Assembly: GCA_048938855.1 (NCBI GenBank)
Contig: JBHLLT010000002.1
Coordinates: forward strand, 384,001-448,000
DNA: 64,000 nt
Direction of reading: 5' to 3'
From: Promethearchaeota archaeon
Lineage (GTDB): Archaea > Asgardarchaeota > Lokiarchaeia > Sigyniarchaeales > SOKP01
The notes under the pieces: generated by a model
The model's input: only the letters and a program-made list of their open reading frames with translations
Told to the model about the DNA's origin: nothing
Databases searched by the model: none
In this document: positions 9,937 through 22,500 of the stretch, piece after piece
Layout of the letters: each line of letters opens with the position of its first letter
How positions within the stretch are numbered: position 1 is the stretch's first letter
Translations under genes and position numbers: made by a program

Positions 9937-11361
9937 TTATTCTTCTGTTAAAATGTCTATGGCATTAAGAGCAGATTCACAAACATAATCACACCTATCG
10001 TGTACTAACCCATTTAAACTTGAAATTATTTCATCTGTGTTTATGCCAATCAATCCTAAAGCTTCTGATGCTCTCCATCTAACATCAGGATTTTCATCCT
10101 TAAGAGCTTTTATTAAAGATGGAATTACTTTATTTGAAATTGAGCCTAATTTTCCTAAAGAAAGTGCTGCAACACGTCTTACAATATATTTTGGGTCATT
10201 TAAAGCTTTAGCAAGAGCATAAACTGCCTCTTCTGAATTTAATCCAATCTCCCCTAATGCTCTAGCAACTTCTACTCTAAAAGATGCCTTTTTCGAAAAA
10301 GGATCTTTAAAAAATGTGTCCATTTTTTTTATAAATTTGTTTGTAAAAGTAGGAGATATATCTTTTTCTTGTTCCTGCATATAAAGATAGTCAATTAATA
10401 CTGGTACAGCTTCTTCAGCATCAATACTTATCCCTCTTAATGCAGAAATTATAATATTTCTCATATTGATATTTGATTTTTCTATTGCTTTAATTAAATA
10501 TGGCACAGCAATTTTACCAATATTCCTGAGAGCATCAGCAGCTTTTCCTCTAACAGCTTCAACTTTATCATTTAATAAATCTGCTACTCTTTCAATAATT
10601 TTTGGATCATTAACTTTCATCTCTCCTAAAGTTTCAACTGCTTTTTTCCTAACTGTATCACTCTTATGAGATAATATATCTAAGAGACTAGGAATAGCAG
10701 CCTCTCCAATATCACTTAAAGTGTTCGAAACTCGGTATCTTACTCTCCAATCGGGATCTTCAAGTGCAGTTATTAAATTTGGTATTGCCTTTGTAGATCC
10801 TCTTCCAATCTTGCTAATTGATTGAGCAGAGGCAGTTCTAACTTTCCAACTTACATCTTTAAGGCCATTCATTAAATGCGGAATTGCTTCATATGCATCT
10901 GTTCCGAGATCTCCAAGTGCTATCGCAACCTCAGCTCGCACAATTTCAGATTTGTCATCTAATGCATCTATTAATCCTGAAATTGCTTCATTAGTAGGTT
11001 CTCCAATACTCCCAATAGCGATTGCAGCCTCTTTTCTTATTGATTCTTCATTATCTGTTAACATTTTAGATAATTGAGGTATTGCATCGTTGGCAATTTT
11101 TCCTATTTTACCCATTGTTCTAGCAGCTTCACGACAAATACTCCAATCATTATCTTCTAAACACTCTTTCAACTTTGAAAGACCATTAACAGACTTTTGT
11201 CCCAATTCTCCTAATACAAGAATAGCATTAAATTTAACAGATCTAATTTCACTACCTAAATGGTTTATTACTTCATTTATAACAGCTTCATCTTTCTCGA
11301 TACGAGATAAAACTAGATCAATTCGAGCATCTCTTAATAAATGTTCCAAAGAAGCAGACAT
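9937..11361 (-). CDS. HEAT/PBS-lyase-type repeat protein
   Basis: About 12 repeats of L.D....VR..AA.ALG.IG; SD AAGGTGA upstream. Confidence 0.9.
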   Translation of the reverse strand: MSASLEHLLRDARIDLVLSRIEKDEAVINEVINHLGSEIRSVKFNAILVLGELGQKSVNGLSKLKECLEDNDWSICREAARTMGKIGKIANDAIPQLSKMLTDNEESIRKEAAIAIGSIGEPTNEAISGLIDALDDKSEIVRAEVAIALGDLGTDAYEAIPHLMNGLKDVSWKVRTASAQSISKIGRGSTKAIPNLITALEDPDWRVRYRVSNTLSDIGEAAIPSLLDILSHKSDTVRKKAVETLGEMKVNDPKIIERVADLLNDKVEAVRGKAADALRNIGKIAVPYLIKAIEKSNINMRNIIISALRGISIDAEEAVPVLIDYLYMQEQEKDISPTFTNKFIKKMDTFFKDPFSKKASFRVEVARALGEIGLNSEEAVYALAKALNDPKYIVRRVAALSLGKLGSISNKVIPSLIKALKDENPDVRWRASEALGLIGINTDEIISSLNGLVHDRCDYVCESALNAIDILTEE

Positions 11362-11372
11362 TTCAAATCACC

Positions 11373-12086
11373 TTAAATACCTAAATATACTTGTTTAATT
11401 CGTGGTTCTCTCTTTAATTCTTCTTTCGTCCCTCGCATCTCAATTTTTCCTTCTTCTAGAACATGAATGTATTGTGAAACATCCATAGCTAAAACCGCAT
11501 CTTGTTCAACCAATAGAGTTGTTGTTCCTTCTTCTTTTATTTTCTCAATGGCATCAAAAATACTCTGTTTAACTTTTGGTGCTAATCCTAAAGATGGCTC
11601 GTCCATAAGTAATAGTTTCGGATTGGACATTATGGCCCGAGCAATTGCTAACATTTGTTGTTCTCCACCACTTAGTGTTCCCGCTCTCTGTTTTAACCTT
11701 TCTTTTAAACGTGGGAATATTTCATATATAAAATCTAATAATTCATCAAACTTTTTCCTATTTTTAAGTGTGTATGCGCCTAATCGTAGGTTTTCAGCAA
11801 CAGTCATATCATAAAATAATCTACGTCGTTCTGGACAATGAGAAATTCCCCTTTTAGCAATTTTATGAGGTTTCATACCATCTATCCTCTCACCTAAAAA
11901 TACTATTTTCCCTCTGTCTGGTTCTTCTAAACCCGAAATTACCCTAAGTAGAGTAGATTTTCCCGCTCCATTTGGGCCAATTACTGAATCTAACGATTGT
12001 TCGTCTATTTTTAAATTAATTTCTTCAAGAGCTCTAGCTTTTCCATAATAATGATATATTTTTTTTATTTCAAGCAAATCCTTCAC
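11373..12086 (-). CDS. livF: Liv-type ABC transporter ATPase
   Basis: GPNGAGKS, LSGGEQQMLAIARA, DEPSLGLAP, LVEQ. Confidence 0.92.
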   Translation of the reverse strand: MKDLLEIKKIYHYYGKARALEEINLKIDEQSLDSVIGPNGAGKSTLLRVISGLEEPDRGKIVFLGERIDGMKPHKIAKRGISHCPERRRLFYDMTVAENLRLGAYTLKNRKKFDELLDFIYEIFPRLKERLKQRAGTLSGGEQQMLAIARAIMSNPKLLLMDEPSLGLAPKVKQSIFDAIEKIKEEGTTTLLVEQDAVLAMDVSQYIHVLEEGKIEMRGTKEELKREPRIKQVYLGI

Positions 12087-12810
12087 CTCTTCCTAAATAT
12101 GCTTCAAGTACAATTTTATTATTAGCAACCTCTCGAGGAGGTCCATCTGCAATAAATCTACCTTGGTGCATCGCAATTACTCTTGGTACTAGTGTCATTA
12201 ATTCACGAAGTACATGTCCAGTCAAAAAAATAGTAACCCCATCATCATGTAACTTTTTAATTAAATCAGTTATAACTGAATTTTCCTCGTGTGTTAATCC
12301 ACTAAAAGGCTCATCTAAAAGAAGTAATTCAGGATTGGTTCCAAGAGCCTTTCCAATTTGCAATTTCCTTAGATCACCATGAGGTAAAACTATTGGAGGA
12401 ATTCTAGCTTTATCTATAAGGCCTACAGAAGCGAGAATTGAACTTGCCTGTGCTTCAGTACCAACTTTTTTAGAAAGTTTTTTTCCCCTATTAGATAAGC
12501 AAGGTACTGTTATATTATCAAGTAAACTTAGAAATTTGAAAGATCGAACTAGTTGGAAAGTTCGAGCTATTCCCAAGTTTACAATTTTGAAAGGTCTCAT
12601 TCCAGTAATGTCAACGCCATCAAATCTAATTCTACCTGAAGAAGGTTTTTCAAACCCACTAATTAAATTGAAAACTGTTGTTTTTCCCGCACCATTTGGA
12701 CCAATCAAACCTACGAATTCTCCTCGTTCGATTTCGAAGCTAAAATCATTGACGGCTGTTAATCCTCCAAATTTTTTTGTTAAATTTTTAACTTCTAAAA
12801 TAACTCCCAT
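12070..12810 (-). CDS. livG: Liv-type ABC transporter ATPase
   Basis: FGGLTAV, GPNGAGKTT, GIARTFQ, LLLLDEP. Confidence 0.92.
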   Translation of the reverse strand: MGVILEVKNLTKKFGGLTAVNDFSFEIERGEFVGLIGPNGAGKTTVFNLISGFEKPSSGRIRFDGVDITGMRPFKIVNLGIARTFQLVRSFKFLSLLDNITVPCLSNRGKKLSKKVGTEAQASSILASVGLIDKARIPPIVLPHGDLRKLQIGKALGTNPELLLLDEPFSGLTHEENSVITDLIKKLHDDGVTIFLTGHVLRELMTLVPRVIAMHQGRFIADGPPREVANNKIVLEAYLGRGEGFA

Positions 12811-12846
12811 TCTTTAACTCATCTTATGTTAAATTTTTATAAAATC

Positions 12847-13869
12847 TTATCTACCTAGCAATACATCCCATAAATCTTTCAAACGCTCCAATATAGGCTT
12901 TAATATACCATGTTCAGCAAACCTGACAACGATAATTAATATTAATGCAAAAATTAAAAATACATAATTTTCAAAACCAATTTGTATAAGAGAATATTCA
13001 AGAAAAATGAAGAAAAAAGCCCCCAATGCTGATCCAGAAATTGATGTTAACCCCCCTAAAGATGCCATCAAAATAGCAAAAAATGAAATAGTAGAACCAA
13101 AGTTTCCAGTAGGATTTACCGCTCCAACATATAAAGCGTAAAAAGAACCTGCAATTCCAGCGAATAAAGCACTTAACATGAAAGCATAAACTTTATATCT
13201 AGTTGTATTGACTCCCGAAGCATCTGCTCCTGTCTCATCATCTCGAATAGCTTTTAAGATAGTTCCAAATTTAGATTTAGCGATTTGGAAAATTATAATA
13301 AAAATTGCTACCATTGAAATTAAAATAATAAAATATTCAATAATTGGATTTGGACCTATACTGGGAAGTCCAGAAATTCCCTCTGAACCAAAAAAAATAT
13401 ACGATAACGATCCCATCAAAAACAATTTTAGTAGAATTAAGCTGAATGCAAGTGTTCCTAAAGCTAAATAAGGACCTTTTAAACGCAAACAGGGAATTCC
13501 AATGATTAATCCAAAAAAGACAGCTCCTATGGGGCCAATAATAACTGCTGCCCAAATAGGAAAATACCGGTAACTAATTAGATAAGCACAAATATAACCT
13601 GCAATTCCAAAAAAAATAGAATGACCAAAACTAATTTGACCAGATATTCCAGTTAATAGATCCCAACTTGCAGCAAAAATTGAATAAATCATTGCTAAAG
13701 TAAATTGTCGTAAAAAAACATACAAAAAATTCTGATTTGGAGAAAAAAAGGGAAGCATAATAAGAGCAATTAAAGTAAAAAGAGTTAACCCCCCAGTAAA
13801 TGTTTTAGCCCAAGATTTTAAATAATGTGGTACTTCTGAAACTTTATTCTTAATATTTTTTTTAGTCAA
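12847..13869 (-). CDS. livM: Liv-type ABC transporter permease
   Basis: GQISFGH, LRLKGPYLALGTL, AIRDDE. Confidence 0.9.
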   Translation of the reverse strand: MTKKNIKNKVSEVPHYLKSWAKTFTGGLTLFTLIALIMLPFFSPNQNFLYVFLRQFTLAMIYSIFAASWDLLTGISGQISFGHSIFFGIAGYICAYLISYRYFPIWAAVIIGPIGAVFFGLIIGIPCLRLKGPYLALGTLAFSLILLKLFLMGSLSYIFFGSEGISGLPSIGPNPIIEYFIILISMVAIFIIIFQIAKSKFGTILKAIRDDETGADASGVNTTRYKVYAFMLSALFAGIAGSFYALYVGAVNPTGNFGSTISFFAILMASLGGLTSISGSALGAFFFIFLEYSLIQIGFENYVFLIFALILIIVVRFAEHGILKPILERLKDLWDVLLGR

Positions 13870-13873
13870 TATA

Positions 13874-14761
13874 TTATCTCACCTCTTTTTTTCCAAATAA
13901 TCCTTGTGGTCTTATTAAAAGCACGATTACAATAACAATTATAGGTACTAAATGAGCCCAAGAAGGTCCATTGGGTATAAAAACTGATGTAAAACTAGTA
14001 ATATATCCAACAATAAAAGATCCAATAATACTTCCAATAAGACTTCCCATTCCACCAAGAATAACTACTGCAAATGAGCTCGTTAAATATTCCCATCCCA
14101 TATGCGGACCGTTTATAGAAGCTCCTGGTAAATAAAGGAATGCTCCAATTCCAGCAAGGAATGCAGAGATCATTACAGTATATAAAAGTATCCTATTTGC
14201 ATTTATGCCCATAAGTGTTGCAGCTTCACGATCTTGCGAAACAGCACGAATCGATTTACCTATTTTTGTCTTATTAATAAATAATGCGAAGGTTAATACT
14301 ATAATCAAAGAAATAATAATAAGTAATATGTATTGATTTATCATCGTATATCCTAAAACATCCACTGAACCTGGTATTAATCTTAATTGTGGAAGTGACC
14401 AAGATTCTGTACCTGAAATTATTAAAACTAATTGTTCTATGAAGAAAGCTAGAGCAAAAGTAATTAGAACAACTCCTACACTAGTATCTTGAAGTGGTTT
14501 AATTAATAATAAATAAGTTAACCCTCCAATGATTGTTATGACCACTAGTGCTATAACAACTATAAGCCAATTAAGCCCTGCAAGTATTGGCCACGATAAC
14601 ATCCATAAAAGAAGATATCCCGTTAACATAAAATAAGCACCATGAGCTAAATTCATAATGCCACCTACTCCATAAACCAAGGAATATCCTAAAGAAATTA
14701 ATGCAAGAACAGCGCCCTGTAAGGCACCATTAAATAACATATTAATTATATCGCTAATCAT
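13874..14761 (-). CDS. livH: Liv-type ABC transporter permease
   Basis: GIMNLAHG, GKSIRAVSQDREAATLMGIN, RPQGLFG. Confidence 0.9.
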   Translation of the reverse strand: MISDIINMLFNGALQGAVLALISLGYSLVYGVGGIMNLAHGAYFMLTGYLLLWMLSWPILAGLNWLIVVIALVVITIIGGLTYLLLIKPLQDTSVGVVLITFALAFFIEQLVLIISGTESWSLPQLRLIPGSVDVLGYTMINQYILLIIISLIIVLTFALFINKTKIGKSIRAVSQDREAATLMGINANRILLYTVMISAFLAGIGAFLYLPGASINGPHMGWEYLTSSFAVVILGGMGSLIGSIIGSFIVGYITSFTSVFIPNGPSWAHLVPIIVIVIVLLIRPQGLFGKKEVR

Positions 14762-14918
14762 AATAATTAACTCTGAAAATAATTACAACAGACTCTTATA
14801 TTTATTGTTCAATCTCATCTTTTATAAAACTAATCTTTATTCCATTTTTAGACAAATATATACAATTCATTGATTTTATATAATAAAAAAAAGAAATTAA
14901 TTAAATTTTTAAATTATT

Positions 14919-16349
14919 TTATGGGGTACTCCAAGCGGTATGAACCCATGGTGGTACTTGATATGTACCTAACGGAGTAATCCTATCATTTGGATATTCA
15001 TTACCGTAAGCAGGCACAACCACCTTAGTACTATTTGCTTGCCATTGAGTCCACAACGTATATGAAAATGGATATCCTTCAACTAGATCATGAGTGTCAG
15101 GCCACCATGCACCTCCTCCACTTACTCCTGGATGGGGGTTGGATCTTGTCCAAGTTTCCATTTCTGCTATAAGATCAAGAGCATCTAGTGAATCTTGTGC
15201 GACTGCTGCATCTATAATCCCCATTACAGCATCATATGCACCACATGCTATATAAAGTGGTTCATGTCCGAATTCTGCCTTAAAAGCATTCCAAAATGTG
15301 ATAGTAGTAGCACTTTTGTTAACTGCATATGCTGTTTGCATTAACGTCTCATATATGCAATCACCACCGCTTTGTGTCCAAAATGTATCTAATTGAGATT
15401 GTACATCTATTCCTATTATAACATAGTTTGGGTGTAAACTTGCATATTGTTGCATCATCATAATACCTCCTTGAGCAGAAATAACTGGGATCAAAATATC
15501 AACACCTTGATTACTCATTGTTTGTAAATGAGTATTCATATCTGCTGCACTTAACGTCACATCATATCTAATCACTGCTGCTGGAGGAACTGATATTTTA
15601 CCACCGGAGTAATAGGGTAATGCAACTGGCATGTTAGTTGTCATACCTTCACTCCAAGTCAAATCTTCAGCAAGAATACCAATAGTATCAATCTCTTCAC
15701 CGCCATAGTACCCTGCATATGTTCCATTTAAAACAGCTTGATAAGTAAGAAGAAATGCGACGATTTCACTCCCTAATGCGGATGTGTTTATTGGCATAAA
15801 TCTCCAGAAATATTTATATCGATCATAATAGTTTTTAACATTTAAACAGAATATATCTGTAGCTGCTCCTGTATCAATAAACAAAATCTTATTATCCATA
15901 AATACTTCTTGGTATGCTAGTAATGCTTCAGATCTAAATCCACCAAGTGCAAAATCAACATTTTTTTTATAAACTAACCTTTCTGCTGCAGCTATTCCCC
16001 TTGAGGTCACTAAATTTGGATTAGATTCATCAGTATCTTCTCTTGTTACCCCAATATAATAGGTGGTACTGTTAATAACAACTCCTCCTCCTTGATTTAT
16101 AGTTTTTGCTGCGAACCATGCTCCTTCATAATTAGCATCTCCTTGTATCTCCCCCGTATCACCAGCGCAACCAATTTTAATAATTTGATCGGCACTCAAT
16201 CCTGCTGGCGCACCGGGGCAATCAGCAGAGCTCCATTGATATTCACCAGCTCCTGGTGCTAAAAGAAAAAACCAAGCCCCAACGCCTATCCCAGTACCAA
16301 TAACAGCGATAAGTACAATAGCTAGAATTCTTTTTGCCATTTGTTCCAT
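14919..16349 (-). CDS. livK: Liv-type ABC substrate-binding protein with N-terminal membrane anchor
   Basis: N-terminal hydrophobic anchor, IKIG, INQGGGV, GGFRSE, YDAV; first gene of the liv operon. Substrate cannot be determined. Confidence 0.8.
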   Translation of the reverse strand: MEQMAKRILAIVLIAVIGTGIGVGAWFFLLAPGAGEYQWSSADCPGAPAGLSADQIIKIGCAGDTGEIQGDANYEGAWFAAKTINQGGGVVINSTTYYIGVTREDTDESNPNLVTSRGIAAAERLVYKKNVDFALGGFRSEALLAYQEVFMDNKILFIDTGAATDIFCLNVKNYYDRYKYFWRFMPINTSALGSEIVAFLLTYQAVLNGTYAGYYGGEEIDTIGILAEDLTWSEGMTTNMPVALPYYSGGKISVPPAAVIRYDVTLSAADMNTHLQTMSNQGVDILIPVISAQGGIMMMQQYASLHPNYVIIGIDVQSQLDTFWTQSGGDCIYETLMQTAYAVNKSATTITFWNAFKAEFGHEPLYIACGAYDAVMGIIDAAVAQDSLDALDLIAEMETWTRSNPHPGVSGGGAWWPDTHDLVEGYPFSYTLWTQWQANSTKVVVPAYGNEYPNDRITPLGTYQVPPWVHTAWSTP

Positions 16350-16545
16350 TTATTAGATCACTTCTTTAAAAAATTTTAATATATCATGTATGTTTATTTT
16401 TAGATTAACAAATATTAGTTCATTTTAACATATATTTAAAGTTTTCAACTTTTCATATTTGAAATCGGCTGATGTCAACAAAAATGTTTTAAAAAATAAA
16501 AAAAAAGATGTAAAATCTTGGACTTTTTGTAAAATCTTAGGCCTT

Positions 16546-19500
16546 TTATAGAACAATGTTCACAAAAATTTGAATTCCCACGATAATCCCTACAACTATA
16601 ACCAGTACTATGAATATTATAAGCGTGTAAAATCTCCACTTAATTGAGATATTTTCACTTCGTTCCTTAAATCTTATATAGGGCAATAATATCACCCCTA
16701 TAATCCAAATAGATATCCAAAAAGTAAATACATACCAAACAGGCGTTATAATCGCAAATAAAAGTACAATGATGCTTCCCCAACTAATTATTAACCGAAT
16801 AATACGACGTCTGAACCTTACATCAACATCATCAGTTTTTTTGGAGGGTAGAATAGCGTACATCATACCAAATATCGGAAAAATTAAAAGGATTGAATGT
16901 GTCCACCCTAAAAGATTTCCTACTGCTGGTGATATAGAGATACCGATTAAACTGGATATGAATACACTAAAAATTATCCAAAGAGTTTTATAATTTACTT
17001 TAATAAAATGGAAAATTTTAATAAACATATTCTTGATTGCTAACTGTATAGCTTTGAAGAATTTTGAGAGATACTCTACAATATTATTAATAAATCTTTT
17101 TAATTCCTCTAAAAGAAAGATAAATGGATAAAGTATAATACCAAAAATAATAAAAGTTATGCCTAAACCTAAGGATGAAGCACGATATACTATTATACAC
17201 AATAATGTGAATATCACTAACCAAAATATAAATGCCTTGGATACGAATTTTGAATGCTTTTTAAATGGTCTTACCTGGATTGTTAAAAATATAACAAAAA
17301 TAAGTAGACTGCTACTTATGTTTAAAGCTAAATCAAAATTTGGAACTCCTAAAAAACCTAAAAACAAATCAACTGACAGTAATGCCCCAATTACTAGAAA
17401 TGAGATAGATCTCAAAGATTTACGTAATTTCTCATTAACAATTTTATCTATAAGAGTTATTACAAACAATATAGATAACGATGCTAAGAATAAATTAAGG
17501 TTAGCAAAATGATTTGAACCAAGGAAATACAGGGGCCATGTAATAAAATTCAGATATGATATTATTATTAAACCTGACTTGATTTTCTTTTTATACGTAG
17601 CAACAACCTTCCAAAAACTCAATAATTTAAATAGATACGCGAACTCAAGAATTTGAATTATTACTATAATAGGAATTACTGTAAAAAAGAAACCACTAAA
17701 AAGTGTACTGTAAATCCAGATTAAGTATGTTGATGTAAAGATCATTATCATAATCCAAGAGAAGGATTTGACATAATCAGTTAGTTTTCCTAAGAATTTG
17801 AATAAAACACTATCTATTATCATTAAGATGTGAATTATAATACTCAAAATCAATAATATCAATTGTAAATTCAAGCCTACCAATATTAATGGTTGTACTA
17901 TAGAAAAACACAATGTAGCATAGAAGCCAATACCTAAAAGCCGGTGGATGTATTTTTGAGCCTTATCATAAGCTTCTTTTTTAACAGGGGAAGAGAGTTT
18001 TAACACTTTAAAGAAAGAATAATTTGTATAAAATTGCATTATCAAAAAGAAGAAGATTTCTAGACTAAGCAAGAAAAGAAATTGAGATACAAAGCTGTGT
18101 AAAAAGAGAAATAGATTTAACGATAATGCAAAATAACTAATTGTATGAACTAAACCCGCATAAATTATCTTTACTTTCTTTATAGAATAAATGTCTAATA
18201 GTGTTAAGACAAATAATATTGATAATGCCACCAATATACTTTCATAAACTCCTAAAAATGCACTTACTAAACCGTATACCATAATACTTATTTCAAAATA
18301 TAATATCAAAACCATAAATGAATGTATCTTTGATGAAAAGTCCGGATATTTTTGTTTTCCCCATATAATATCATAATATTTTATAGATACAAATGAAAGG
18401 CATATTTCTATAAAAATAATTAAATTAATAGAAATGAAGTTCAAAGAACCAAACAGTATGAATATATATGCCAAATTTACTGCAATTAATCCTTGAAATA
18501 CGATAAAAAGAATAAATTCGACTCTGTACTTTATATTTTTTTCGATTCTAACGAATAATAGACTGAAGAAATATAAAAAAAGAGAGGAATTCTGAAATAA
18601 TAAAGATAAGTATCCAAATCCCCTTAATTGGTCAAAAATAAGTACAAGTCCATTAGATATTAAAGATGCTATAAAAAATGAACTCCAGATGAAGGAATTA
18701 TAAATAAGTAATATCCTGAGCTTTGAAATTGTCTCTTTTGAAATCTTTAAGCGAGACATGAAATGAAGTGTAAGTAGATTTAGAACTGAAAATGTTAAAA
18801 CTAAGAGAAAAGGGTTCAAATGAAATAAATATATAAATAAAGAAAATGTATTACAGAAAATAAACCAACTCCATAGTGTAAATCTGTTTCGGGTTGAATC
18901 TATTAAAAATTTAAAAATACTCTTATCCATGAAAGCGACTTCAATAAATAGCATAATAGTTGACGATAATAGAACCAAATAGATTATAATTACTAAATTA
19001 AGATTGATAAAAACAAGATATAGGAAGATATTCATTCCGACGGCTATAGTAATAAAAAGATATAAAACACAGCTTAAGATGCTAAAATTACGTAATAAAC
19101 CTTTTAATTTTATATCCAGCTCTGACTTTATTATATATTTCATACAAATTAGGAATAAAAATGGCCATATGAATAGAAAATCAAAAATTTGATAAATAAT
19201 TATGATATCCGTAAATATTATTGACATAAATAGATTTGGTAAAATAATCGTGAGAAATAATGATATACATACTGAGTTTGTTAAGAAACATGTAAAATTA
19301 AGCCATTTTAATTGAGTTTTATCTTTGTAAATCTTAAATATACTATTTTTTATTTCTTCCGTATCATCTTCTACAGACCGCTTGAAAAGATTAATTAAAA
19401 TCTGAAAGGTAATAAGGTAAAGCATCGGCCATGATAAAAATGCAAAAATCCAATTAGAATAAATTAAATCAAGTGTCAATAACCATTCAATAATAGGAGA

Positions 19501-22500
19501 AATTATAGGTATTGGAATGACAAACCAAAGAATATATCGATATTCAACAAATATTTTGTAGAGAAAAATAATGAACACAGCAGAAAAGACAGTTATTAAT
19601 ATTCCAATTGGAGCATGAAATAAAATTGAGCTGAGAGAAGTTATTGATAAGGATGACCCAAGTGCTACAGCTAAATAGGGATATATTTTATTAAGACGTA
19701 ATCTCATCTTATAACGGTTAAATATAAAATAGGAGCATCCAAATACAGTAAGTCCTAATGATAACGCTAAAATTATAAATCCTAGAAAGAAATAAAAAGT
19801 GTTGAATGTCAGCCATGAGAAATTTATAATCAATATCCAAGAAAGGCATAAATCTATTATTCTTTTTGGCAACTTCAAGTATTTAGAAGAAAAGAGCGTA
19901 ACCCCAAATACCAATAGACTTAAGTTTACTGCAAAAATTATATGATGAATTACAGCATAGAGAATAAAATAGATTGTTAAGAAAATTCCTAATAAGGATA
20001 TGCTATATGCTGTTATCAAGACCAAGCCAATAGATCTAATATTTGGGAAGAAGGAGTATACTATTAAAAATATTCCAATAACTAAAATATCAAGAGAAAT
20101 CGTAATTTCTAAGGGGAGACCAATCGAAGTTAAATAAAACAATAAAAATGAAACATTCATAAATGTCATTGGAAATAACCAAAAGATTGAAACTATTTTC
20201 CAAAATTTAAATAACATTAATAAAGGCATCAAAAGAGTGGCTGAAAACATAATAAAAAACAAATTTCTTAGAACAAGATCCGCTACAAATAAATTCTGAC
20301 TAAACCAATAAAGTAAAAATAAACTTTCACCCCAAATTGTAAAAACAATTATAGAAAAGTATTTCTTAATTTTACTATACACCACTGGTATGAAAAATAA
20401 AGAGCAAATTATGAGAGATAAAAAGAAAGAACCCCCAAATTCAAGAGTTCCAATACTCCATAGTTCTGTGGTAAAGATATCTATTCCTGTTAAACTTTGG
20501 TAGATTATATACCAATTTATTATAGGTAGAATGTTCCACATGTACCACCCTGATTTCCAAATCGCCCAAGATACTTTCCATTGGTAAATTCCAATAGATA
20601 GATAAAATAGAAAGACGCCAAAATTAATAGAAACTATTAAGGGAACTATAGACAATAGCGGCATTGATAGAGCTGCAATTATTAGAAAATATATAAATGT
20701 TGGAAAAGAAATAACAATTGAGATTAATACAATATAAAATGATTTCTTTCTAAATCTTGCAGGAGCGTTATTATATAAAAGAACAAACGCAAATCCTGTC
20801 ATACTCAAAGTTAATGTAAACGTTAAAATTGGGTTGAATTCACTAAATATAGGGCCACTAAATAGCACAAAATACGACATAAAGCTGATGAAATCAAATA
20901 CAAATAGAATTACACATGGATTTATAAACCATTTATAGCGTTCATCCTCTTTACGATAAAATGAGATTCCCAAAAATAGCAAAAACAAGAAAAGAGATAT
21001 TGTTATGTTATAAAGAAGTAAAATATTTGTAAATAAGCTTAGATAGATAAAAGATAGGGTTGAGATGAGAAAATATAATGAAAATTTTTCAAAAGTATTA
21101 TTTCTTTTTATATTTAATAATATCGAGAAAAATAAAACTCCACTTAGGGATAGAGGATAATTTATAGCAAATAAACCTATTAGATCAATATTATAAGCAG
21201 TTATAACCTCATAAAAGGTTAAAACAACAAGAACATCAACAATAATAACATAACTCAATAAGAAATAAGTTATAAACCTATAAATGGGAAAAATATTTCT
21301 TTTAGTAAGAATAAATATGGCTACTATTACAATAAGAATTGGTGAGAAAAATAAACCAAAATAAAGAAGGCTTGTTGACAATATGATTGATAAAATATAA
21401 AAACCAAACAATCTTAAATTAGCTTCTTCTTCGACTATTTTATTAAATTTTGAAAAGAAATAAAATATAATCAAGATCGGAGTAATTATAAGAGTGGATA
21501 TATGAAGACTAGGGTTAAAAGAGAAAATAGGGATTTGAGGTGTCAAATTAAAAAGAATTTCAAGGTATATGCTCAATAATGATATCATAAATACTATTAC
21601 TGTTACTTTTTTCAATGCTAGTTGATTTTTAACTGAGATATATTTCAAATTCTTTAAAACATAAAGACTAAGAGGAGTAAAGAAGGCAAACGTTAAACAA
21701 AATAATGTAATTACGTTCAAAATAAAGAATTGATATATAAAATAATTGAGTATCGAAGTTAACAAAATGCAAATTACACTCTTAACCATTAGCCATGTAC
21801 ATAACTGAATAATTGTCTTAAGTTGTGTAAATCTCATTTCACTTAGACTATTCAAGAAAATAAGTGATAAAAGAATAATGATGAAAAAAAATCCAATCCA
21901 AGTTGATCCACTAATTAAAACTGGTAACGTGTTCAGAAAAGTAAAAAGATTAAGAGAGATGATTAAAAATGTAAAAATAGAGGATATTGAGATAATTAAA
22001 CCATAAATTGGTATATCTATAAATTTACTTAAATTTGGTAATTTAGTAATTACTTTTGAGGCGAAACTTATCGTATATATACTTAGAGTAAAAAAGACAA
22101 AAAAACAGCAGCTCAATATTAAATAAGTAAATGGAGTCAATTCAATCGTAGTGATAAAGATTGAAGCAATATAATAAGATACAAATAATGTGAAAGAAAA
22201 CCAAGTGATTAATCCCACTGTTTTGAAACTCTTGATGTAAATACTTTTTAATTTAATTTTTGTACTAATAAATTCAGAAACCCTCAAAAAACAAAATAGT
22301 AAAAATAATGTTATTGTAATTATTAGGATATAATTTGGTAATAATCCAATTCTTACTAGCTCTAATCCAATTATTGTAGGTATAGAGATAATTAAGGCAG
22401 ATAGAGCAAGAAAGTTATAGATTGTTAACTTTTTAATTAAATCTAAGTTGAAATATTCTCTTTTATAAGAATAATAGAATAGTAAAAACCATGAAATAAG

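Noticed and set aside
9937-11361. Periodic DNA similarity that might suggest a repeat array or CRISPR
   Set aside because: Explained by HEAT protein repeats; no identical repeat-spacer structure, cas gene, transposase or integrase is seen anywhere in the window, including beside the tRNA.
10037-13555. Many 60-150-aa ORFs antisense or out of frame to long genes (also within 16546-25107, 29222-29680, 33671-35025, 41037-44225, 59281-59589, 62238-62603)
   Set aside because: They lie wholly inside well-supported genes, have no motifs or SD, and are typical shadow ORFs.
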